NCBI GenBank assembly: GCA_963705705.1
Contig: CAVPKK010000007.1
Location: 96,001-160,000 of the forward strand
Length of the DNA stretch: 64,000 nt
Reading direction: 5' to 3'
From: an uncultured bacterium
Lineage (GTDB): Bacteria; Babelota; Babeliae; Babelales; JABCYS01
In this document: one piece after another, positions 57,211-64,000 of the stretch
Position numbering within the stretch: the stretch's first letter is position 1
Layout of the letters: the number at the start of each line of letters is the position of its first letter
Made by a program: the position numbers and the translations under genes
The notes under the pieces: generated by a model
Database searches by the model: none
Told to the model about the DNA's origin: nothing
Seen by the model: the letters and a program-made list of their open reading frames with translations, nothing else

Positions 57211-59394
57211 TTAACCGTGCTGCAAGCGATTAATTTCCCGATTAATGCCGCTCACTATTGGTTCCAATAAGAAGTTAACCGTAACCGGCTGGCCAAAGTA
57301 TTGGATTTTTGGCTTGGGATCAATTGCAGTGACCAACATTTTCACTAAAGCAACAATGTCTTTGGTATACGGTTGCGTTTTGATCAATTGTAGCGCATGC
57401 AAAATCGGCATTTTTGCGCGGTCCAATTTATGTTTGGTGGCAATCGTTTGAAGTTCGGTAAGTTGGTCAATAAGAATCTGTTTTTTAATTTGATCCAACT
57501 GAGCTGCCATTCTAGTTTGAACGGGGCTTGAAGATGGTGCCTGCTCGCGTTCTTTCTGCTCGACGGGCGGTTTTGGCGCCACTGGCCGATCAATAGCTAA
57601 AATGCGTTCAGCGATGTCTGCCGGTATGCGACGTGGATCTGCATAGTCATTCACAATCGCAGCGAGATCGGGAATTAACATTTGGCTAATTTCACCGTTC
57701 AACCCGATGAGCGCATTCTCTTGCTCATGCACAAAACCTTTTAAGCGGTAAAGGAATTCAGTATTAATTTTTGGATTCTTTTCCAAGTATGAAAGCATGC
57801 CGCGGCTTAACTGGAATACCAATGAATTTGGAACTGCATTTATTGATAAAAGAATTCCAAGCTTTTCGCCGCATTTAAGGCTATACACGAAATGTTCAAA
57901 AATCTTGTTGAACCGGCTCCCATGAGCATAGAATCCGAACGGATAGTTCCAATTAACATTAACTGGTGTTTGGGCAAATGCCTCAGCAATAACCCGTAAC
58001 ATTTCTGGCGTACCGTATTGCATTGCTGTCATGAGGAGTTGTTTCATTTGTTCATCGGATCCAAGTTGATATCTGCCATCATCAGGAAGACGAAATATTC
58101 TCGACGTTGCTTGGAACAGTTTTTTTGCAATCGCATCATACCGTTCAAGATTCGGCTTTTCTGGAATGCCAAAAAAATTCAAAAACTCATCAGCACAATT
58201 GGTTTTAATAAGATTGGAATACATAATGAGTTTGGTAAGCGCATTCTTAATTGAACTCACTATTCTATCAACATCTTGTTGAGTTCCTCGACTGTTATAA
58301 TGAAGATCACTGATCATTGCATCAAGTAAAAGATCGACAATCTCTTCATGACCACCAATTGTTGCTAATGATAATGGATCAATCATATCAGCTAAAGAAA
58401 CAAGCCATTCAGGGGAATGTCGAAGCCCGTCTAGTAACTGGCCAAACGGTTTGTTAGTTAAAGAATGGTACCAGAGATTTTCAACTAACTTATCTTTGTT
58501 CATCTGCGATTCTAGTGCTTGCTCATTAATGGTGATTTTTCTACTTACCGTCGTTGAGTCAAATCGTGGCTGAGTAAATAGAAAAGCTTTCTGGGCAAGG
58601 AGCAACTCGACGATCCTTTTGTCGCCACGTGCAGCGGCACGCATTAATGTGGTAAAGCCATTATTAGTAAAGCCATTATTTATACGACGATGCCACATCG
58701 ATATCAAATTATCCAATCGAGGGCCACACTTTCTCATAAATTTCGCGGCTTCAATACTTGCTTCGTTCATATAGGTAGATAATGTTGAACAATTCGCCCG
58801 TAGTTGCATTAATTGCGCATTAAGCTGACCTAATTTACTTTTAATTTCTTCTATGTCGGAAGCAAAAAGATTTCGTTCTATCAAATTAGGCACCAATGAA
58901 ACATAATCAGGTGCGTCAACTTGTACTAATTTTTTATCTAGCAGTTCTTTGTATTGGGCAGCAGTTAGTGTCCCTTTCTGAATACCAATGAAGGGTATGG
59001 AATCGATAGCATATGATGATGGGTCAATTATTTGGGCTAACAGATCGGCTATATTTCTTTGATGGTATTCATCATGACTAGGCCCCATTTCGATAAGGCG
59101 GCAGTCAACAACAAGTTTTCGGTACATAGCAACTGCGCGACTCGCTGCTGCTTCGCTTTCAGTTACTGGACGCGGCACGCTGCTCGCCTCGAGCTGTTTT
59201 TCTTCCTCTACTTTTGCAAAAGAACGTGGATCGCCAATGGCATAGCTAGGCGAGGAGCTCGCGGAAATTGATACCACAAAAAGAGTGGAAACGGCAAAAA
59301 TTGCTACGCTCACCAGTAATTTGAAAATAAATATGCCGACAAGAAGACCAAAAGAACAGCAAAAACGATTAGAAATACGACAACACGGATTCAT
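57211..59394 (-). CDS. Ankyrin-like effector family, member 7 (hydrophobic N-terminus)
   Basis: GGAGG RBS before MNPCC; SYAIG, GFTTLMRAAARG, LSLATIGGH; C-terminus like member 5. Confidence 0.85.
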   Translation of the reverse strand: MNPCCRISNRFCCSFGLLVGIFIFKLLVSVAIFAVSTLFVVSISASSSPSYAIGDPRSFAKVEEEKQLEASSVPRPVTESEAAASRAVAMYRKLVVDCRLIEMGPSHDEYHQRNIADLLAQIIDPSSYAIDSIPFIGIQKGTLTAAQYKELLDKKLVQVDAPDYVSLVPNLIERNLFASDIEEIKSKLGQLNAQLMQLRANCSTLSTYMNEASIEAAKFMRKCGPRLDNLISMWHRRINNGFTNNGFTTLMRAAARGDKRIVELLLAQKAFLFTQPRFDSTTVSRKITINEQALESQMNKDKLVENLWYHSLTNKPFGQLLDGLRHSPEWLVSLADMIDPLSLATIGGHEEIVDLLLDAMISDLHYNSRGTQQDVDRIVSSIKNALTKLIMYSNLIKTNCADEFLNFFGIPEKPNLERYDAIAKKLFQATSRIFRLPDDGRYQLGSDEQMKQLLMTAMQYGTPEMLRVIAEAFAQTPVNVNWNYPFGFYAHGSRFNKIFEHFVYSLKCGEKLGILLSINAVPNSLVFQLSRGMLSYLEKNPKINTEFLYRLKGFVHEQENALIGLNGEISQMLIPDLAAIVNDYADPRRIPADIAERILAIDRPVAPKPPVEQKEREQAPSSSPVQTRMAAQLDQIKKQILIDQLTELQTIATKHKLDRAKMPILHALQLIKTQPYTKDIVALVKMLVTAIDPKPKIQYFGQPVTVNFLLEPIVSGINREINRLQHG

Positions 59395-59431
59395 AATAAC
59401 CTCCATCAAGTCCGTTCTACGGACGAAGCCT

Positions 59432-59482
59432 CGCCGAAGCTCATTGCCTATAAGATCTAACCACAAGCAAAAGCGTAGGCGG
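59432..59482 (+). repeat. Palindromic element family B, stand-alone copy
   Basis: cgccgaagctcat...gcaaaagcgtaggcgg; ends match 62942-63046. Confidence 0.6.
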
Positions 59483-59995
59483 GCAAATTTTAGGCACGTA
59501 CCCATTCAAGGTACGTATTCCTTCGAAACATATTCCATTTGAATGACTTAAGTATTGTATTAGAGCATAATCTGGCCGTCAAAAGGCTGGAGGCGCATTT
59601 TTGGTCAAAAATGGACAGGCAAAGAGCTAACTATAGCCAGACTCAGAGCCAATATTGCCTATTTTTTACGAGCTCAGCTTTTTCGCAAAAAATCAATGGT
59701 TTCTTTTCTATATGTGCAAAATGGCCGGGTCAATGCGCTCTCTATTGTTACACGGTGGCAATTTTTGGACGTTTCGGCACTAGTTTTTAAGGAAAAAATG
59801 GGCTGATTTTTGATGTTTTCAATGGCATGGGGTCAAATTTCAATATGGTTATTCGCCCATATACTTACAGGCAACCAGTGAAAAAAGGTCCATAATTAAG
59901 GCCTATGATCGAGTTTGTTATCGAGCACTTTTATATACCGCGCAAATCCGGTACATTTAATAGTAATTAATAAGCCGGGTCTTGGGGGAATTTTA

Positions 59996-62191
59996 ATGGT
60001 TCACAGATTATCATGGTATCTAACAGCCATTGTGTTAGCCGTTCCATTAATCGCGATTGCGCCTGATACAGATATATCAACGGATGAGTCTGCTGCCGAT
60101 GATATTCCTTCGGCGGAACTGGTTGTCTCCTTCAATCAATCGGTAGATGAAAAATTTGTAGAAGATGCAGAAAATTCTCGAGCCCCAAAATCTAGAAATG
60201 CCATATTCTATGCGATAGCAGCCGGTGATTTGGAAGCGGTGCGACAAATTATTATTTTTGATGAGGATGCACTTAATAGAGCATATGAATATAAAGCGAC
60301 TGAAAAATCCTTCGATGGCTTTCATTCAAGCCCCTATAATGGCGATACGCCACTCATCTATTTAGTAAAGACCATCATTGATCTGCACAAAGCATATGAC
60401 TCAAGAAAATTCTCTGATGAATTCACTATCCAACTAGCATTCGAACATCGCTTTACTTTGGTATCTGAGATCTTATTTCATCCCAAAACAATCAGCTCTG
60501 GTGAAAATGCCGATGGACATACGGCTGTTACCTTGGCCGCCCAGGCCGGGCTTGTACGGTTGGCAAACTTGCTTAGCAGCGGAACTCATCCTGCACCCAA
60601 GCAAACTGACGTTAGCCAATTCAAAGCACGGTTAGCAAAATTGGATGTGTCAGCTGAAGTGCGCAAGCGCATTAATGCAGAAATTGATGTGCTCGGCCAA
60701 AAGCATCCGGCTGAACGTGGTTTGCAGATTAATTTCATCAATGCCTTATTGGATTTGCCCTGGGACAAAACAGCTGATACCGCCGTCGACATTGCTACTG
60801 TGCAAGAAGCGCTTGAATCCGAGCATTATGCGTTGAAGAAAGTTAAAGACGCGGTACTTGATTATCTTGCGGTCGCATCGGTGAGCCAATCTCTTGGGAA
60901 AAGCAAAATAATCTGCTTAGTCGGCCCGCCTGGAACGGGTAAAACATCGGTTGTGCAATCAATTGCTCGAGGGCTTAATCGACCATTGGCAAAAGTATGT
61001 CTTGGCGGTGCACATGATGAATCGGTAATTCGCGGGCACAATAAAAGTTATATCAGTGCCACGCCCGGTGAAATTATAAAAGGCATTATTCACGCCAAGG
61101 TAAGAAATCCGGTCATTCTCTTAGATGAAATAGATAAAATTGGGACCAGCCAATATAACGGCAACCCTTCATCTGCCCTACTCGAAGTGCTTGATCCCGA
61201 ACAAAATCATTCATTCATCGATCGCTTTGTCGAAGTACCATTCGATCTTTCAGAATGCCTCTTTATTGCTACTGCCAACTCTAAACGAGAAATTCCTCTG
61301 CCATTGTTGGATCGCTTAGAAATTATTGAAGTGCCTGGTTATTCTTTGGAAGAAAAGGTACAGATTGCGCAAAATTACTTGGTACCCAAAATAATACGGG
61401 AAGCAACATCGACTGAGCTAATTTTTGACATTGGCGAGGATGTAATTCGCTCGATCATAAAAAATTACACATTCGAATCTGGGGTGCGCAAATTGACGCA
61501 GCATCTGAAAACCTTATTTGCCAAGACGGCGCGGCAATATCTAGACAAGCGAACGGTGCCGATCATCACTCCGGAAAATCTTACGGAATATCTAGGACCT
61601 TCATTTAATTTCCCCCGCCTCTCACAGGCGCCGGCAGTGGGCATTGTTAATTGCTTATCAGTTTCACCTGGTTTCGGCGGAGCAACCAGCTTTTTGGAAG
61701 TGGTGTTGGTACCAAATGGAAAAGGTGATTTAAAGGTTTCCAAAGTGCTTGAAAATGATAGTGAAAATGCTGCTGCCATTGCACTGGCCTATGTTCGTTC
61801 ACATGCACAAGAATTAGGTATTTCAGCTTCGCAGCTTTCTTCAAACGATATTCATGTGCACAAACCTGGTATTGGACATGTCGACGGCCCTTCTGCCGGT
61901 ATCGCCAATGTTACAGCCATGGTATCTGCCTTCACCAATAAACTATGTGATCCAACTTATGCTATGACTGGAGAGCTGAGCTTGACCGGTAAGGTGATGG
62001 CCATTGGTGGATTGAAAGAAAAGATTTTGGCGGCCAAGCGTGAAGGCATTAAGAAAGTTATTATCCCGCGTGAGAATGAATCGGAATTATATGATTTTAA
62101 GCAGTTGCTCGATGGTATTGAGATTATACCAGTCAGTGATGTGCGCGAAGTATTAAGTAAAGTTTTGTTACCGAATTCAAGAAAAAGGTAA
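59996..62191 (+). CDS. lon: Lon-family ATP-dependent protease with signal peptide and ankyrin-like N-terminus
   Basis: GPPGTGKT, LLDEIDK, ALLEVLDPEQN, PLLDRLE, DGPSAG, AMTGEL.LTG, GGLKEK. Confidence 0.9.
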   Translation: MVHRLSWYLTAIVLAVPLIAIAPDTDISTDESAADDIPSAELVVSFNQSVDEKFVEDAENSRAPKSRNAIFYAIAAGDLEAVRQIIIFDEDALNRAYEYKATEKSFDGFHSSPYNGDTPLIYLVKTIIDLHKAYDSRKFSDEFTIQLAFEHRFTLVSEILFHPKTISSGENADGHTAVTLAAQAGLVRLANLLSSGTHPAPKQTDVSQFKARLAKLDVSAEVRKRINAEIDVLGQKHPAERGLQINFINALLDLPWDKTADTAVDIATVQEALESEHYALKKVKDAVLDYLAVASVSQSLGKSKIICLVGPPGTGKTSVVQSIARGLNRPLAKVCLGGAHDESVIRGHNKSYISATPGEIIKGIIHAKVRNPVILLDEIDKIGTSQYNGNPSSALLEVLDPEQNHSFIDRFVEVPFDLSECLFIATANSKREIPLPLLDRLEIIEVPGYSLEEKVQIAQNYLVPKIIREATSTELIFDIGEDVIRSIIKNYTFESGVRKLTQHLKTLFAKTARQYLDKRTVPIITPENLTEYLGPSFNFPRLSQAPAVGIVNCLSVSPGFGGATSFLEVVLVPNGKGDLKVSKVLENDSENAAAIALAYVRSHAQELGISASQLSSNDIHVHKPGIGHVDGPSAGIANVTAMVSAFTNKLCDPTYAMTGELSLTGKVMAIGGLKEKILAAKREGIKKVIIPRENESELYDFKQLLDGIEIIPVSDVREVLSKVLLPNSRKR

Positions 62192-62195
62192 GTCG

Positions 62196-62846
62196 ATGAT
62201 GATTACAAGAATAGCTTCTTTAGCCCTTCTGCTAAATATTTGGACCTTACAGGCATCTCCGGTGGTTGCACATAATTTACCGATTAGAAGTTCTAATCAA
62301 AAACTCACGCCAACGGAAATGCTGGCGGTCGGTATTATTACTGCATCACCAAGCTTGGTTGCAACGGCAATAAAGAAAGGCGCCTACTTGCGCGTGCAGA
62401 TAGATCAGTTTGGTGATACACCACTGATGCTTGCCATTCGTGTGTTTGGTCATTCATTGAAAACGCAATTGGAAGCAAAATCAAGCCGTTTACAGAGACT
62501 CTGCAGTTTTGCTTCTGGATTAGTTATTTCCCAATTGCTCATGTGGCAAGGCTCTAAATTTATACCAGACAGATGGCAATCGGCGTATAACATTTTCAAT
62601 CTTGCCGCGCTCGTCGGCCCTGTTGGCTATTATGCCCGTCAATCAATGAAACCCACAATCGCTACCCAACGCGCCGCACGCATTATTCTTATGCTGATGC
62701 AGCAAGATCCTCAGATGAGCCTTCGCAATCATGAAAGCCTCACACCAAAGGATATCCTTGAAGCGTTTTATCCTATCGCCCGTACGCTGCAAAGTGAAGA
62801 ATGGTTTACTTTGCGACGAATCTTCTCGCAGTTGAATGTTGGGTAA
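62196..62846 (+). CDS. Exported/membrane protein with a split ankyrin-like repeat
   Basis: Signal peptide, DQFGDTPLMLAI, two hydrophobic segments, RNHESLTP.D. Confidence 0.6.
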   Translation: MMITRIASLALLLNIWTLQASPVVAHNLPIRSSNQKLTPTEMLAVGIITASPSLVATAIKKGAYLRVQIDQFGDTPLMLAIRVFGHSLKTQLEAKSSRLQRLCSFASGLVISQLLMWQGSKFIPDRWQSAYNIFNLAALVGPVGYYARQSMKPTIATQRAARIILMLMQQDPQMSLRNHESLTPKDILEAFYPIARTLQSEEWFTLRRIFSQLNVG

Positions 62847-62907
62847 TCTAAAATTTAGTCACTTCAGTCTAAATTGAGTCTTGAAAGCTTTGATTCCTTA
62901 ATGTTGA

Positions 62908-63217
62908 TGATTAAGTCTCCTCAGCGCTCATCCTGCATGTCCGCCAAAGCTCATGGAGTTGTAGAAATTCTTACTGACGCAAGGAGACCGCGCTCATCCT
63001 GAGTTAATCGAAGGATATAGCGCGCGAAGGCAAAATGCATCGGCGGAAGTTTATCGAAGGATAAAAGCGCTACAGCGACATTGCCGACCCATAATAAATT
63101 TGTAGTTCCTTTAGTCCTTGAATAAATTTATTCAAAGGAGGAATGATTTTTTTATTGCCGCTTACTATGTCTTCCTCGCGCTCTGATTCTTCGATTAACT
63201 CAGAATGAGCGCGGCGT
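62908..63217. mobile_element. Internally deleted (non-autonomous) copy of the GIY-YIG cassette, with nested palindromes
   Basis: Both arms match 63337-63857; family A copies at 62923-63071 (split), 62989-63024 and 63177-63213. Confidence 0.7.
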
Positions 63218-63336
63218 GGGTATACTGATTCAATAGGTAGAGATGTAGCTAGCCGATGATAAATTAAATTGTAGACCCTTTAAAAGATTGCTATTTAGCC
63301 ATTAAGTAGCTGAAAAATTTATTATTCTTAAGATTT

Positions 63337-63857
63337 TGATTAAGTTTTTAGCGCTCATCCTGAGTTTATCGAAGGATAAAAGCGCTACAGTGATATTGTT
63401 AACCCATAACCAAATCATAAAATCCATCCTTTAACTTATGAATCATTTCTTCGTTTACATCCTTAAATGTAGCAACGGCAGATTTTACACCGGACACACC
63501 GACAACCTCGAACTCCGACTATCCGAACACAAACAAAGAAAAGACCCAAAATGCTATACCGCAACCCGCTTGCCGATCCAATTGGTTTTTCATGCCGTTT
63601 TTGAGTCCCGTGAAGCAGCCTTTAATGCTGAAATGAAGATCAAAGGATGGTCCAGGGAGAAAAAGGAAGCCTTAATTAATGGTGATTGGGAGGAACTGAA
63701 GCGGCTGTCCAATTTAAAAAATGATTTGGCCAATTCGCAATCATATTGGCGATCGATATCGTTTGAGATATTAAAGGATGTATGAATTCATTTATTACCG
63801 CTTACTGAGTCTTCCTCGCGCTTTTATCCTTCGATAAACTCAGGATGAGCGCGGCGT
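63337..63857. mobile_element. GIY-YIG nuclease cassette bracketed by inverted family A palindromes
   Basis: 63350-63386 (+) and 63817-63853 (-) flank a single gene. Confidence 0.7.
63438..63785 (+). CDS. GIY-YIG nuclease (UPF0213/YhbQ-like)
   Basis: FVYILKC...FYTGHT.NL..RL.EH, YT..R.P, A...E..IKGWSR.KKEAL. Confidence 0.93.
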   Translation: MNHFFVYILKCSNGRFYTGHTDNLELRLSEHKQRKDPKCYTATRLPIQLVFHAVFESREAAFNAEMKIKGWSREKKEALINGDWEELKRLSNLKNDLANSQSYWRSISFEILKDV

Positions 63858-63948
63858 TGTATTAGCAGTTTTTAAAATCAAATGAGCAATTAGATTCAAT
63901 ATCATATATACTAGGCGCCTCTAAAAATTATTGCGCACGGTATAAAAC

Positions 63949-64000
63949 ATGAGCGAAAAACTAAAAGATCTTTCCCCCTTTACACCCGATAAAATCCGCA
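63949..64000 (+). CDS. 5' end of a gene running off the window (MSEKLKDLSPFTPDKIR...), possibly a translational GTPase such as LepA
   Basis: Only 17 codons visible; ends at the start of a possible IRN motif. Confidence 0.35.
   Translation, partial: MSEKLKDLSPFTPDKIR

Noticed and set aside
59395..59505. N-terminal extension of effector member 7
   Set aside because: It is read-through of the family B palindrome; a GGAGG RBS precedes the Met at 59394
60308..60320. atccttcgat in lon as a family A copy
   Set aside because: Only a ~10-nt match with no complementary arm
592..61844. Numerous 60-180 aa ORFs antisense to or nested in longer genes
   Set aside because: Shadow ORFs of well-supported genes with no independent motifs
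62900..63860. Repeat cluster as a CRISPR array
   Set aside because: Copies alternate in orientation, spacing is irregular, one interval is a whole gene, and there are no cas genes in the window

Overview
Bacterial chromosome segment. The gene repertoire (many signal-peptide-bearing ankyrin, LRR, beta-helix, MYND and Vps62-like proteins among reduced housekeeping genes) suggests an intracellular parasite of protists, most likely Ca. Babelota (Dependentiae/TM6); this is inferred, not searched. Core genes: tRNA-Val/Asn/Asp, sppA, mreC, mgtA-like ATPase, trxB-like, Ku plus ATP-dependent ligase, ychF, rnpA, a short yidD missed by the ORF track, PIN-PhoH, thrS, nth, xerC, mrdA, rpsT, rpmB, ftsH, yraN, MazG-like, thpR, AlaX, suhB and lon. 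They alternate with three tandem arrays of putative exported effectors (1-6 kb, 26-32 kb, 45-59 kb). The main unexplained structure is a family of ~35-50 bp palindromes (consensus CGCTCATCCTGAG-N-TCGAAGGAT-N3-AGCG) with about 15 copies and compensatory stem changes. Two inverted copies bracket a lone GIY-YIG nuclease gene (63438-63785). An internally deleted copy of the same cassette lies next to it. Other copies are intergenic or sit in-frame inside mreC and four effector genes. This looks like a REP/REPIN-type selfish repeat system paired with a GIY-YIG nuclease rather than a RAYT transposase. Other oddities: FtsH with two complete AAA domains, a signal-peptide plus ankyrin Lon protease, a VLR-like LRR array with NLS-like tails, an exported thioredoxin-reductase-like protein and an EndoIII without its Fe-S motif.
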